The notes under the pieces are model-generated. The model searched no databases. It had not been told where the DNA came from and worked only from the letters and a program-made list of their open reading frames with translations. Below are positions 11,828 through 23,867 of a stretch of DNA of 64,000 bases, piece by piece; position 1 is the first letter of the stretch; every line of letters starts with the position of its first letter. A program made the translations under genes and the position numbers. This DNA is from Williopsis jadinii (lineage: Eukaryota): positions 3,038,001 to 3,102,000 of the forward strand of contig AP024664.1 of assembly GCA_024346625.1 (NCBI GenBank), read 5' to 3'.

Positions 11828-14800
11828 CTAGTCCCTATATGTAGGCCTTTCTTGTATCAGCGTCGTCAAGATGTTGAGCCATCGTTGGCATAGTGGTTCA
11901 ATACGTGAAATCAAACGCATACGCTCAATGATCACGGCATACAATGGATGGCTATGATGTTTGAGTTTCGATAAGTATGTTTGGAACAGCTCGAGGTCAC
12001 GGTGATGAGGTCCTTTCTCGACGGTCTTCTTCATCCAACGATCAACGAGCTTGATGATCTTGGAAGGTTGAGACGTCTTCTGAAACATGATCAGATTTAT
12101 CTTACACTCGAAATCGTCCATCACCAGTGATTCGATGCTGTTAGCACTGTTGTGAAACTTGGTCTCTGGCAGTTTACCACGTTCTCTGAGCCTATCGAAC
12201 TCAGTCATGTTTGTCCTTTCGTACTCGTCCCATTCTTCCAAGATCTCCTTTCTCAAAGATGGTGGTAATTCATTCAACACGTCCTCATCAACTTTGGCAA
12301 CTTTTGTTTCACGCCTCTTGACGTCTTTGACAGGTGACTTCTTAGTGGGAGACTTCTTCAGAGGCGATTTAGAAGGCGACTTCCGTGGTGAAATAATCCT
12401 GATAACTTCTGAAGCTCCAGTTCTAGTGAAAACCTGCTGATAATATACTCTCTTCCTCTTAGGAGTCCGTTCGCCAATAGTGATGTTTCTCCTTCTCAAT
12501 TCGCTTCTCAACTCTTCTTGAATACTGGGTGGTAATTGCTCAAACACTTGAGCATCAATGTCTCTTGGTAAATCAACGATTGGAGCTTTGTCTCTCTGTC
12601 TTTGAGCATCTATTCTTTTCTCTATTGATGACGGTAGTTCCCGAAGAACAGAGGAATCAAGCTCACTGGGGATTTCAAGCTGAGTTGTCTCCATCGACTT
12701 ATCTTCCATAGGTGTATCACTGTGCTGTTCCTTGCCTTCAAGTCGTGCTGTCTTTGGAGCATCTAAACGGGCAAATGGCAGTCTCATTTGCACCTCCTTA
12801 CCCTTTTCAATCAGTTTTGTCACTTGTATCGATACACCACGTAACTCCAGTGGATCACAACCAATGTTACGAAACAGGATACGTGCCTCCATGCCAATCG
12901 TCCTATAATCATCGCTGGGAATCCCCAATCTTGAGCTCTTGCTGAAACTGTCACATTGTCCACAACCAAGAAACTTGGGTGGCTCAATTGGAGCACCTTT
13001 GGATCTCTTTAATATCTTCAATGTCACTTGGGAAGTACACATCTTCATGAGTTGTAACTTGTTGCAAATCTCTTCGGAAACTCGGAAGAGAAACTCGTCA
13101 ATCTGTGCGATTGAGTCGAATCTAATCCCCCAGTTAATGTCGATTGAGATGCTCTTCCTCGTGAATGCCTCTGGGTTACTGTTAATATCAATGGATGTAT
13201 GGTCGATCCCGTGTGCGTACTCAAACAGTTTGGTTCCTGTCTTTACGCCAAATACCTTCTCCAGATTTGCTCTTTCGAGGCCTTGGATCTCACCAATAGT
13301 TATCTCTGAGCTCGAATGTGGAAAGACTTGACTGATAAGCTTGTTGACAATAGCTCCACCAACTCCTGGTAGACTGCTCACGGGAATATTGTGTAAGAAT
13401 TCCTCAAAATTCTCGTGTAGGTAGAAGTATCCATTGGGCTTCGCCTTTCTAAGTGATAACTTGGCCAACAGGACATTGTGAGAGACACCAACGCTTACTG
13501 TACATCGAGTTTGTTCATAGATCTCTCGTCTCAAGGACTCACAGAAGCCTTGCACCTGTTCAACAGTGTTTTCATCATCAATCAGAGAAGAGATCTCCAA
13601 GAGAGCTTCATCAATACTCACTGGTAGTATACAGTCAGGCTTTAATCCAAGTAAAATCTCATACAGCTTCTTCGATGCAGTCTCATACCCCAAGAAGTCG
13701 TAGTCTAGACAGATCAAATCGGGACACAGCTTCTTTGCCTGCCTCACCCACATACCGTTCTTCACTCCGTACTTCCTGCAAACGTAGTTACAGCTGGCAA
13801 TATCAGCTGTGGAGCCAGGCTTGGTGCCTCCATGAGAAACACAGACTGGTTGGTTTTGGAAGTCGATATCAGGCCTCTTCAGTGCAGAAACAGTTGCAAA
13901 GAAGCAATCAAAATCAACATGTACTATGATCCTATGAGAGGCACCAGTAGGCATATGCCCTTGTGATTTCGATTGTTCAATCACCATGTTCAGGAACTCC
14001 AGTCTCAAGTCAGCTTTCCAAGTGGACAAATGGTGCAATCTCGATTTGGCAAAGAACTGTTTGAGAAAGTCAGGGTGTTTGGAGTCAATCGTTGTAGTCC
14101 CATCAGTAGTATCAACAATCTCAGACATTGGTTCAGTTGAAGGGCCAATCTCACTTTCATCTTCATCATCTTGTTTGGCATGAGGATTCGTCTGGTCTTC
14201 TTTCCTAAACTGGAGCCTTTGCTGTCCATAATCCACCTCAATAAGCGAATAGTCACTCCATCGCTGAAGTGACCCCCTTTCTATTGAATCCAGCACCCAT
14301 TGAGGTCGGACAACTTTGTAGTTTTTGAACTCAGCCTGCTTCCTTGGTGTCAACCTCTCCGCAATGATGTGGGTGGCAGCACCTTTGGAGCTCAGATGAT
14401 GGATGAACTTCCCACCGTTAAGGATGATCAGCTTGTGGATTGTAGCTATGCTTGGCCTTGTGTATCCATTCACGTGCACAACACACCCTGTGAAGATGCT
14501 GGAAACCTTTGTATCCTGGCCTTGCACTTGTTGCCGCTTCTTGTTCCACTCGAGAAACTTCTCGTCTTCAATCTGTTGATTCTGGGCCTTTGTAGCGAAG
14601 TAGGAAGCGTAATCACCAAAGATGGGGCCCTTATCGTCTCCACCAAGATCATCAACAGATTCTTCGTTGTCCTCTTGCGCTAGTTGGAAGGAAAGAGACG
14701 ATGAGTGAGAGGGCTGGTCCGCGTCATTGGTGTTAATGTCCGCTGCTTTAGGTGAGGATGCCTTGCGCTTTTGACTCCAACTTGTAATGAGCTCGATCAA

Positions 14801-14869
14801 TTCATCATCCTCCAGCGTACTCATATACTCTCTGAAAGACGATTCAGATGGTCCTCCATCCTGTGACAT
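11828..14869 (-). CDS. REV1: Y-family translesion deoxycytidyl transferase
   Basis: BRCT domain, FFAKSRLHHLSTWK, HVDFDCFF, SIDEA, UBM-like repeats, C-terminal domain. Convergent with pyruvate kinase as for S. cerevisiae REV1-PYK2. Confidence 0.97.
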   Translation of the reverse strand: MSQDGGPSESSFREYMSTLEDDELIELITSWSQKRKASSPKAADINTNDADQPSHSSSLSFQLAQEDNEESVDDLGGDDKGPIFGDYASYFATKAQNQQIEDEKFLEWNKKRQQVQGQDTKVSSIFTGCVVHVNGYTRPSIATIHKLIILNGGKFIHHLSSKGAATHIIAERLTPRKQAEFKNYKVVRPQWVLDSIERGSLQRWSDYSLIEVDYGQQRLQFRKEDQTNPHAKQDDEDESEIGPSTEPMSEIVDTTDGTTTIDSKHPDFLKQFFAKSRLHHLSTWKADLRLEFLNMVIEQSKSQGHMPTGASHRIIVHVDFDCFFATVSALKRPDIDFQNQPVCVSHGGTKPGSTADIASCNYVCRKYGVKNGMWVRQAKKLCPDLICLDYDFLGYETASKKLYEILLGLKPDCILPVSIDEALLEISSLIDDENTVEQVQGFCESLRREIYEQTRCTVSVGVSHNVLLAKLSLRKAKPNGYFYLHENFEEFLHNIPVSSLPGVGGAIVNKLISQVFPHSSSEITIGEIQGLERANLEKVFGVKTGTKLFEYAHGIDHTSIDINSNPEAFTRKSISIDINWGIRFDSIAQIDEFLFRVSEEICNKLQLMKMCTSQVTLKILKRSKGAPIEPPKFLGCGQCDSFSKSSRLGIPSDDYRTIGMEARILFRNIGCDPLELRGVSIQVTKLIEKGKEVQMRLPFARLDAPKTARLEGKEQHSDTPMEDKSMETTQLEIPSELDSSVLRELPSSIEKRIDAQRQRDKAPIVDLPRDIDAQVFEQLPPSIQEELRSELRRRNITIGERTPKRKRVYYQQVFTRTGASEVIRIISPRKSPSKSPLKKSPTKKSPVKDVKRRETKVAKVDEDVLNELPPSLRKEILEEWDEYERTNMTEFDRLRERGKLPETKFHNSANSIESLVMDDFECKINLIMFQKTSQPSKIIKLVDRWMKKTVEKGPHHRDLELFQTYLSKLKHHSHPLYAVIIERMRLISRIEPLCQRWLNILTTLIQERPTYRD

Positions 14870-15064
14870 CTTCTCATTTGGCCAATAACTATGACTTTAA
14901 AATTACCAGAATGCCCACTATATGAGGCAAAAGTAACGGTTGCTTTATGGTCGCGACTACAATCAAAACATTTTTACAAATCAAGCAATTATACGATGTG
15001 TACTATGTTATAGAATAAATATTAGAGACGCTGTGTCAAACAGTTCCCATGTGTTTCAAACACT

Positions 15065-17089
15065 TCATTTGTTCTTGCTCTTGACAGCACTGATCAACTG
15101 TTCAACAACCTGTGGGTTAGACAATGTAGACACATCACCCAATTGGTCCTCCTCACCAGCAAGGATCTTTCTCAAGATTCTTCTCATAATCTTACCGGAT
15201 CTGGTCTTTGGCAAGTCGTCAACCAATATGATAAGCTTTGGAGCGGCAAATGGGCCAATCTCCTTACGCACAGTCAAGATCAAGTCCTTTGAGATTGCGT
15301 TGCCTTGTTCACTGGCAGTCTTCTTGTCCTTGAGGGCAACAAATGCAGCAACAGCTTGGCCAGTCAACTCATCTGCGAAACCAACGACAGCAGACTCTGC
15401 AACCAAATCGTTCTCCAAGAGAGCAGCCTCGATTTCAGCAGTGGACAATCTGTGACCAGACACGTTAACAACATCGTCAACACGACCCAAGATCCAGTAG
15501 AAGCCATCAGCATCACGGGCAGCACCATCACCAGAGAAGAAGTAACCTGGGTATGGCTTGAGATAAGTGTCCAAGTATCTGTCATAGTTCTTCCAGATCG
15601 TTCTGGCAATGGATGGCCATGGAGATCTAATGGCCAAGATACCTTCAACGTTTGGACCCTTGAGCTCTTCACCAGTGGTTGCATCCAAGATACAAGGCTC
15701 AACACCAAAGAATGGCAAGGAGGCAGAACCTGGCTTCATTGGTGTGACACCAGAGATACCACTGATCAATTGAGAACCAGACTCAGTCATCCACCAAGTA
15801 TCCAAGATTGGGATCTCCTTCTTACCAATCTTTTCGAAGTACCATTCCCAAACCTCGGCTGCAATTGGTTCACCAACAGAACCAAGAGTTCTCAAGGAGC
15901 TCAAGTCATGACCTTCAATGTAGGAATCACCAGCTCTCTTCAACAATCTCAATGCAGTTGGGGCAACGTAGAATTGAGTGACTCTGTACTTCTCAACAAT
16001 CTCCCAGTAACGAGAGTAGGATGGGTAAGCTGGGGTACCTTCAAAGACAACAGAAGTGGCACCGTTGAGCAATGGACCGTAAACAACATATGTGTGTCCG
16101 GTAATCCAACCAATGTCACCAGCAGTGAAGAAAATGTCCTCCTTATGCAAGTCAAAGTTGTACTTGATGGTGATCAAGGCACTCAACAAGTACCCAGCGG
16201 TGCAGTGCTGGATACCCTTTGGTGAACCAGTGGAACCAGATGTGTAAAGGAGGAACAACGGATCCTCAGAGTTGACTGGGACAGGTGGGAAGTATGGACC
16301 ATACTTCTTGGTCTCCTCATGCCACCACAAATCTCTCTTGGAGTCGAATGGAACATGGTTACCAGTACGCTTGAACACCAACACATTCTTAACCTGTGGA
16401 CAGGACTTTAGCGCCTCGTCAACAATCTTCTTTGTCTCAATGGTCTTGGAACCACGCTTGGACTCATCAGCGGTCACGACAAACTTGGAGTTTGCATCAT
16501 TGATACGATCTCTAAGAGAAGCAGAAGAGAACCCTGCAAAGACAACACTGTGCAATGCACCGAGACGGACAATGGCCAAGAGCGTAACAACGGCTTCTGG
16601 AATCATTGGCAAGTACACTGCAACGGTGTCGCCCTTGCGGACACCGGCATCGTGCAAGATGGCGGCAACTTTGGAAACCTCCTTCAACAACTCTGCGTAT
16701 GTCACGATACGTCCCTCGCCTGGCTCGTCGGCCTCGTAGATAAGAGCAGGCTTGTCTGGCGTCTTCAAAGCGTGTCTATCAACACAGTTGTAGGACGCGT
16801 TCAACTGGCCACCAATAAACCACGACGCAACGTCATTGTTGAGGAACCCCCTGTTGACATCCGGGTGCTTGGCCTTGTCGAATGGTTTAATCCAGTCCAA
16901 GTTCTCCTTCGCAAGGTCGCCAAAGAACTTCACCGGGTCCTCAATCGACTGCTGGTACAGCTTCTTGTACTCGTCAAGAGACTTGATGTGTGGCTCTCCT
17001 GGTCTCTTGCGGTTGTTCTTTGGCTGTGGGATGGCAGCAATGTCCATCAAGTGCGCGTTTTCCAACGACTTCAAAGTAGCTTCTGGCAT
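15065..17089 (-). CDS. ACS1: Acetyl-CoA synthetase (Acs1 type)
   Basis: [47 protein letters not shown] and TADESKRG resemble Acs1. Start at MPEATL. Confidence 0.93.
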   Translation of the reverse strand: MPEATLKSLENAHLMDIAAIPQPKNNRKRPGEPHIKSLDEYKKLYQQSIEDPVKFFGDLAKENLDWIKPFDKAKHPDVNRGFLNNDVASWFIGGQLNASYNCVDRHALKTPDKPALIYEADEPGEGRIVTYAELLKEVSKVAAILHDAGVRKGDTVAVYLPMIPEAVVTLLAIVRLGALHSVVFAGFSSASLRDRINDANSKFVVTADESKRGSKTIETKKIVDEALKSCPQVKNVLVFKRTGNHVPFDSKRDLWWHEETKKYGPYFPPVPVNSEDPLFLLYTSGSTGSPKGIQHCTAGYLLSALITIKYNFDLHKEDIFFTAGDIGWITGHTYVVYGPLLNGATSVVFEGTPAYPSYSRYWEIVEKYRVTQFYVAPTALRLLKRAGDSYIEGHDLSSLRTLGSVGEPIAAEVWEWYFEKIGKKEIPILDTWWMTESGSQLISGISGVTPMKPGSASLPFFGVEPCILDATTGEELKGPNVEGILAIRSPWPSIARTIWKNYDRYLDTYLKPYPGYFFSGDGAARDADGFYWILGRVDDVVNVSGHRLSTAEIEAALLENDLVAESAVVGFADELTGQAVAAFVALKDKKTASEQGNAISKDLILTVRKEIGPFAAPKLIILVDDLPKTRSGKIMRRILRKILAGEEDQLGDVSTLSNPQVVEQLISAVKSKNK

Positions 17090-17974
17090 CTGTGTTTGTT
17101 TGCTCGTTGTAGATGTAGATCCATCCTTCCTGGCCAAATCTCACAGGATCTTCAGACCTTCTTATATACCCCTCCCTTGTAAACAAACATCCAGCGAAGC
17201 ATGAAAAAAGCGCTTTACAATGTGCGAAGTGCAAGCTACCGTTTGCCCCACAAATTTTGTGCTGTTGTTGTTGTTGTTGTCGTTTTTGTGGTTGTTTACC
17301 CAAATTGTTGATCACACACATGTCCCTTGTCCCACAATCGCAACTCCCAGCAACCGCTGCGTGGTGCAGGCCACGGAGAAGGGACAAAGCGCCTGTTGCT
17401 CCACACAAGTGATCATGTTTTTCTGTGTGTGTGTGTGTGTCCTGCTTTTGTTGAGAAGCCCAAGCTGTACCAAGGTTTCTTTTTTGGTGGATGCGATGTT
17501 TTCGAGAATCTGCTGGTGTTTGTGGATGGTGTGGTGGGGCGCGCCTTTCTGCTTTCCCCTCAATTTTGCGATAAAAAGGGAAACCATAGCTGTTCTTGTC
17601 CTTTTTTACGGGGGGAATACTCCATCCATCCACGCGCACACAAAGGAGTTTGCTTGAAACTTGTCCCACAACGGTCATAAGCTGATTTGGCCCAATTGGT
17701 GGGCGCGTTGAAACTCTATGCGTCTGTTTTTAACTTTTTCTTTCTTTTTGCTGGCGTTGATGAATGACAGTGTCCAATTAAAACAAACTTTTTGACATCT
17801 TTTATCGTGTGTGGGGCAACGCCCACAACAATCCAGCGCTGTGAGTGCGTGTGTGTCTCTGGCGGTGTTTCCTTGCCCCACAAACAGTCTCTGAGCATTG
17901 TAGGACTCCATCGGTGTGCGTGTGCTTGTAGGTGATTGCTGGAGAGAGTGAACGCAGGGTTCACTGTTGGGTAT

Positions 17975-17982
17975 CCGGGTAA
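17975..17982. promoter_or_regulatory. Reb1-type site upstream of ACS1
   Basis: Exact CCGGGTAA. Confidence 0.4.
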
Positions 17983-18109
17983 GACTCTGCTTAATCGCAT
18001 GGATGGATGTGCGATGTGATTGTGTGCTGGTGCGCGAGATTTACACCACAAGTCATTCAGGCCAACGGCGCTGGTTCGTGTGGGATGTGGTCATGGCGAC
18101 TACAATGGC

Positions 18110-18294
18110 GCCATCCCGCTGAGCTCTGCCATGGCCATTGATCTCTGCCATCCCTTTGATCACTGCCATGGCCATTGATCTCTGCCACCCCGTTTGGATC
18201 TGCCATGGCCATTGATCTCTGCCATCCCTTTGATCACTGCGATGGCCACTGAGCTCTGCCCTCCCTTTGATCACTGCCATGGCCATTGATCACT
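18110..18294. repeat. Minisatellite, 5 x 37 bp, built of alternating 18/19-bp related subunits
   Basis: Consensus GCCATCCCTTTGATCACT + GCCATGGCCATTGATCTCT repeated five times with few substitutions. Confidence 0.95.
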
Positions 18295-18753
18295 GCTTTT
18301 CCACCCACTGCTCAGCGAAAGTGCCTTCAGCGTCTGTCTCGCCAGTGCTGGGCCCTTTCACTTGCACAAGCTCAGCGTTTCCAACGGCCAACACTGGAAG
18401 CTTGGGGCAAAACAACCGGTTGCATAATCGAGCTGTCGCACGTTAACTTTACATGGGCAAAGGACGGTGTAACCCGGTGACGTTCAATTATTATTAGAAA
18501 AAGTAGTATTAGTTAGTGAGTGAATGTATATGGATTCATACTCATGGCTGTTTTCCTCCTTGTCGAGTAGCACCGTTGAGCAGAGACAGGCCCACAGAGA
18601 TGTCAGCGCAGAGATATCAGCGCTGTATGGGTCGCGTAAACGAAAAGAAGGTGGAAAGTAGATAAACACACACAGTTCTATGGCAGTTGAAGAAGAAATA
18701 GCAAGCAGTAGTGTCCGTAGGGCCTGGAGTCGCATCGAGCCCGTTAAAATGTA

Positions 18754-21321
18754 TCAGATCTTCCCTCCATAGCTGCTCGTGCTGTTACTCTTCCCCAGCG
18801 CCGCCTGCGCAGCTGCTTGTGATGCGCTTATCACTTTCTGCGAAGGGTTGCGCATGGGCCCTCCGCTGTAAGGTGTGCTCTTAAATTCTGAGTCCGCAGC
18901 GCTTTGCGTCGACGTTGTAGGTGATGACACCGGTGAGTTCTTTGTAGCCTGGTGTGCTGCAATGTCGTATGGCGAGGCAAAGCCGCTGGATCCGTAACCA
19001 ACCACTGGGGTCATCTCAGATGTGGTTGCAGTTGTATTTGGGGATTGTTGCGCAGCAACGTTTGAATCAAATGAGTAGGAATCTGGGGTCCCGCTGGAGG
19101 TTCCAGACTGCTGCTCATTGTCACGGCTCTTTAACAAGTCGTCTCTCTTCTTGACGTTTTCACGTGCCTGTGCCAAAAGAGACTGTGCCTTTTGAAGTGA
19201 AACCGTTGGCGTGGCACAGGAACTCAACACCGGGACGGATTCGTCAATGTCGATGGTGGCTTTGATCAATGCAGCCATCCAAGATCTCATTTCATCCTTG
19301 GTGTCAACGGCGAAATAATGAACTTTTGGTTGTGTAAAGGTCAGTCCCTTTCTGGTGCCCGGAGCTGGTGGAAGCAATTTGAAGCAGAATTTACCGTGGC
19401 CGGTACTTGCTGCATACAGAGAAACTAGCTTGTCGTCATCCTTCGCTGGCAAAACTTTGTGAGACGTGATGTCAATCAGCCCACGTTCCCTGGTGTCTTC
19501 CAGTGATGTAAAATACGATAGTCTAGTGCCGTGGAGTACAAAGAAACGCTGTTTCCAAACACCAACGGCAATACCACCTCTTTTGGACATCCATCCCGAG
19601 CACGTTGCTGTAAGCATACTCTCCTCTGGAGTGATATCCTTGATTCCCTCCATGAACGCAGATGTCGTCTTCTTCGTACTCTTCTTTGCAGTGGTAATAT
19701 GACGCAGGGTCTTGGCCCTAACAGCCTCGGATACAGACCTCTTTGCCGGCTCACTAGGGCTTCCTGGAGTCGTTTCACGTTCTTTGGCACTAACGGACCT
19801 GGTTCCATCGCTTTTGCCCTTTGTTGGTGTCTGTTGGTCTTGTGCAACCAAAGTCTTCGCCTTGGTTGGACTATCAACGTGTATCACAGAGTTACGACGA
19901 GATTTCTCCTTGGAGGGTGATAAAAATGAAAACAGCGATGAGTTACGGCGATGATGTGTCGCTTGACCATCCTTCTCTGCTCTCAACACACTTCCCTCTG
20001 AAGAGTTTCTAGAGTGACCTCTGATATTCACGCTCGACTGTCTCGAATGAGGATCCATGTAGATGCTCGAGGCTGGACGATCCCGATGCGATAAATCAGC
20101 AACAGATGCACTCTTTAGGTTACGGCTACCGTTTCTTGAGTGCGAGGTGGTCTGGAAGTTTGGTGAGATGTCATACGAAGGTTTTCTGGAATGTCCCTCC
20201 ATGGTTGACGCCCTCTTATTAGGAATAGGAGAAGACTGTGCCACACTCTTTTGTTCCCTGAACGGAGACGGGAACGATGGTGGTTGTGGAGCTCTTCTCG
20301 GTGAGAGGAATTGGTCCTGTAAAGGTGACGTTGGCACATCAGGCACCTGAGCTCGAGGTGGGTTTTTCTGTGAAGCTGGTCTAAGAATCTGTGAGACAGT
20401 TGGGTCCAGAGAATGAGATTGCCTTAGTTCGGGAATATCGTCTAATGACCTTGACTTCTTTCGCATGTGACCCAATGGACGAGTATCCTCGATGTTTAAC
20501 GATCCTCTGTACAAGTCTGGTGCAGCTTGGAGAGATTTGGCATCGTCGTACTTCTTTTGCTTTGACAATTCCTTCAGCGCCTCAATCTCTTTGAAGATTT
20601 CAAATCTGGTACCAAAGGAAGAGATATCCAACTCTTTCAAATACGCCAGTTCCAGTTCAAGAAGGATTGCACCTGTGATCTTGTGTTTGGCAAACTGCGT
20701 AGCTGTGTCCTCAAACCCCAAGTATCTAAAGTATGACGCAACCTGCTCAGGTGTCCATGATTCCACTGATTCGGGATTGAGCGTTTCCTTTGATTCTGTG
20801 CTGAAACTTGTACGCTTGTCCTCCGAGTTTCCAGCCTCTGTTCTCAGTTCTTCGAGTGCCTTATCTATATCCGATAAGGCATTGGAAACAGTGTTTCCTG
20901 CTGCCGCAGTTGGCGAATCATGAAGATCGAAATCCTCTAAGCGGCCATTCTTCTGTGCAGTAGGAGTGCCCAAGACGTTCTTTGATGGCGCCACTGGGGA
21001 CTGTTGTGATGACACGGGACTGGCCAGTCTTCTGGAACGGGATCTCAGCAGCGAAGGCCGAGATAGACTGGGAACAATCTGCGTGAAGCTCTTCGGATAC
21101 AGCCCGACAGCGCCCGTGGACAGCGATTTACCCATGTACCAGCCATCGTTATATTCCTTATCATCAGATATCACCTCCACCTTGTCTCCCACGCGTAAGC
21201 TCAGCTCATCCGCTAAACGCGCGCTGAAATCCTTGATCACCTGGTAGACCGCGCCGGTGGCTTGGTCTTCAGCACTCGACGTTATGATAGGTGCAAGTTG
21301 TGCTTGAGAATCACGGCTCAT
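18754..21321 (-). CDS. BOI2: Bem1-interacting polarity scaffold (SH3-SAM-PH), Boi1/Boi2 family
   Basis: SH3 (FSARLADELSL, GWYMG, GLYP), SAM (WTPEQVASYF, ITGAILLEL), PH (SGWMSKRGG, WKQRFFVLHGTRLSYF). Probably the single BOI1/BOI2 ortholog. Confidence 0.9.
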   Translation of the reverse strand: MSRDSQAQLAPIITSSAEDQATGAVYQVIKDFSARLADELSLRVGDKVEVISDDKEYNDGWYMGKSLSTGAVGLYPKSFTQIVPSLSRPSLLRSRSRRLASPVSSQQSPVAPSKNVLGTPTAQKNGRLEDFDLHDSPTAAAGNTVSNALSDIDKALEELRTEAGNSEDKRTSFSTESKETLNPESVESWTPEQVASYFRYLGFEDTATQFAKHKITGAILLELELAYLKELDISSFGTRFEIFKEIEALKELSKQKKYDDAKSLQAAPDLYRGSLNIEDTRPLGHMRKKSRSLDDIPELRQSHSLDPTVSQILRPASQKNPPRAQVPDVPTSPLQDQFLSPRRAPQPPSFPSPFREQKSVAQSSPIPNKRASTMEGHSRKPSYDISPNFQTTSHSRNGSRNLKSASVADLSHRDRPASSIYMDPHSRQSSVNIRGHSRNSSEGSVLRAEKDGQATHHRRNSSLFSFLSPSKEKSRRNSVIHVDSPTKAKTLVAQDQQTPTKGKSDGTRSVSAKERETTPGSPSEPAKRSVSEAVRAKTLRHITTAKKSTKKTTSAFMEGIKDITPEESMLTATCSGWMSKRGGIAVGVWKQRFFVLHGTRLSYFTSLEDTRERGLIDITSHKVLPAKDDDKLVSLYAASTGHGKFCFKLLPPAPGTRKGLTFTQPKVHYFAVDTKDEMRSWMAALIKATIDIDESVPVLSSCATPTVSLQKAQSLLAQARENVKKRDDLLKSRDNEQQSGTSSGTPDSYSFDSNVAAQQSPNTTATTSEMTPVVGYGSSGFASPYDIAAHQATKNSPVSSPTTSTQSAADSEFKSTPYSGGPMRNPSQKVISASQAAAQAALGKSNSTSSYGGKI

Positions 21322-21902
21322 GGCGCTTCCTCTGAAATACCAATCTGAAACCTTGTGTGTATGGATGTGTGTATTTTTTTCTCCTTTAAGAAGGGTAAGG
21401 GGTGCTCCAACAACAACAGAAAAAGACAGCCAGTACGTAACAATCAAAGTACTCCGAGTAATACGATGGTTCTGTCGAAAGATATCAGGTTTAGATCTCA
21501 GCTCCTTGAATCCTTTCGTTGGTGAATGGCAGTGCTGTGTTCCCTAATAATGTCTGTGGTGTTGTTCAGGTTACAACTTTCCATGTGTTTTTTTTCTTGT
21601 TTCTCCTCGCAGCGCCGTTGTCTCCATTTGGGCCAAAGAAGGAAAAAAAATGGGCTGGCCAGAAGATTACGTAATCCGCCTCACTAAAACTTTTCCTGTG
21701 CAGCATAACCGCATCCCATGCCTGTGGAACCAGTCTCTGCGCATAAGGCATCATCGTCATTTCATCGTTCCAGCCTCGTAAACCCTTTGTGAAACTGCTA
21801 CATGATGGGGGAGGGGGGAGACAGCGTTTCACATCTCATGGTCCATTACTCACGGAGGCAACTACGCTGGCCGTTAGCTTTAGATGTTATACGTGTATAG
21901 AG

Positions 21903-23867
21903 TTAGGAAGGTATGGTCTCCTCTTGTCTCTGTTTCTTGACCTCATCGATGGAGCCGATGACGGTTTCATTCTTGGACAACTGGGTGAGCTTCTCCTGTC
22001 TGGTCATTGTTCTCTGTCCCGTGACGATCTCGTGTTCTCTCTTCTTCTGCTTCTGCAAGTCCTCTTCCTTGGCTTTCTCCCTTGCTGCGCTCAGCACCTT
22101 TAGGTTCTCAACGTGCTCCTCTTTCAGCTTCTCCAGTTTGGCGTTGAACTCGTTCAGCGTGGAGAACGTCTTGTTAGAATCGGCACAGTAGGCGTCAAAA
22201 TCGAACTGTACGCCCAGTTTATTTGCCAGCGCCAGCTCTATAAGCCTTGGACGTTTCTTCTCTTCTAGAATGAATTTAGCCTTGACCTGCTTCCTCGTTC
22301 TGTGTGGGAACATCTGTGCGATTAGCGCAAAGTCTGTGCCCCATTGGCCCAATGCCTTGTAGAAACGGGCAACTTCGTCACTCGTCCACTTATCGGTGTA
22401 CCTCTGACGCCCGTATGTTGCAGAATTGACCATATTCTCAAAGGGATTCTCGTCGTGTCTCTCACGGTACACATCGTCTGCATTGGCATGACGGTCAACA
22501 ACAGTAGACTCCTCATCGAGGGCAATTTGACCATTTCTAACCTTTAACTGGACAGCGAGGTTGGCAGCAGGCTCTTCGCCATCAAGATTCTCGCGTTTGA
22601 ATCTCTTCTCAGAATTCTCCTCTTGCTCTTCTGCAAAGCTCTCGATCGATCTTTTCAGCTTTCTTGCCTGCTCTCTTATAAACCTCTTGTTTTCCCTCTC
22701 TTGCAATTTGCGCTTCTTGGCTTGTTGCGAGAGTTCAAACTGGGATGATGCCTTACCTATTGGTAGCGAAGGTTTACACAAGTCCTCCATGGTGAATGTA
22801 TCCTCATCGATGGACAAAACAGAAGCCATATCAGGAGGCAGAGAATAAATGGACTTGGTCAACTGGTCAAACCCACTCACACGGTGATCATACTTGATAA
22901 TATTAACACAATCATTTGGGTCATTCGGATCGTACTCCACTTTTTTCAATACATCAGCTTTACCAGGTGCGCTGATAATTTTGATACCGGTTATCCTACC
23001 TTCAGTTGGGGTTTGTGACTTGGGGCCCTCTTGGGATTCAAGCTTCGGGTGTTCACCACCATCATCGTCCTCTTGAATAGAATCTTCCAGTTGTTTCCCT
23101 TGGGATTTTGTTAAGGCACTATGCACTGAATTATCCTGTGTTGCTGGTGGTGTTGCAAGAAACTCCCTACTCGGTGGCTCGATTGTAACGGAGCGTCTCT
23201 TAGCAGCGACTCCCGCAGAGCTCTTAGGCCCAACAGCACTTGATCTTCTTCTCTTGATTTCGGAAGCCTTGGGATGTATAGGTATTCCTATCACATGACT
23301 CTTTGCAGATTCGCCTGAAAATGAGTGCTTGCGGAATATGTCACCCGCTCTCTGTGTATTGCTCAATGTCGATAATCTTCTCTGCTTGGTAGCCAAGGGT
23401 GTGCCTTCAACAACGCTTGATCTTCTTGATATAGAACCAGATTTCAGGTGTTCAGAAGTACGTGGCGCTACAGTTTCCGCCTCTACAACAGGCTGGGTAG
23501 ACCCTTCATCATGGCGCACTTCACCATCTTCCTCCTCCTCCTCCTCTTGCTCATCGTCCTCATCATAATCATCATATTCTTCTGGGGGAATTTGCGTTGC
23601 CGGTGGAGACTGTTCCTGTGACACGGGCGTGACACTTGCCTTTCGACTCTCTGTCGGAGTGGACGTCACAGAACGACGCTGACGTACCTTTGGAGCGAAA
23701 CGAATACCACTCTTATCTTTAGTTTGGGGATGCGGTTAATACCTGTGTTTACTCATCACTAAAAGACCCCACTTACAGTGCTACCGGACCCACACAAATG
23801 CTGCGTAAGAATCAAAGCACTGATTTGAGAGCGTTCACCACGGATACTTACTAACAATACTACTCAT
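21903..23867 (-). CDS. BDP1: TFIIIB subunit B'' (SANT domain); exons 23867-23852 and 23716-21903
   Basis: Splicing gives MSSIVNKSGIRFAPKVRQRR, nearly identical to the S. cerevisiae Bdp1 N-terminus. SANT domain: WTSDEVARFYKALGQWGTDF...RTRKQVKAKF. Confidence 0.95.
23717..23851 (-). other. Spliceosomal intron of BDP1 (135 nt)
   Basis: GTAAGT donor, non-canonical TATTAAC branch, AAG acceptor; removal is needed to join the conserved N-terminus. Confidence 0.88.

Noticed and set aside
15305..17182. 306-aa and 210-aa antisense ORFs inside ACS1
   Set aside because: Same codon-bias shadow effect.
16974..18051. Overlapping ORFs of 78-234 aa upstream of ACS1
   Set aside because: Low-complexity (TG)n/(TGT)n promoter sequence with no domain signature.
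18110..18294. CRISPR-like appearance of the alternating repeat
   Set aside because: The 'spacers' are themselves repeats, there are no cas genes, and the context is eukaryotic. The overlapping 77-aa ORF is a repeat artefact.
23750..23762. Box C-like GTGATGA in the BDP1 intron (intronic snoRNA?)
   Set aside because: No downstream CTGA box D before the branch point.
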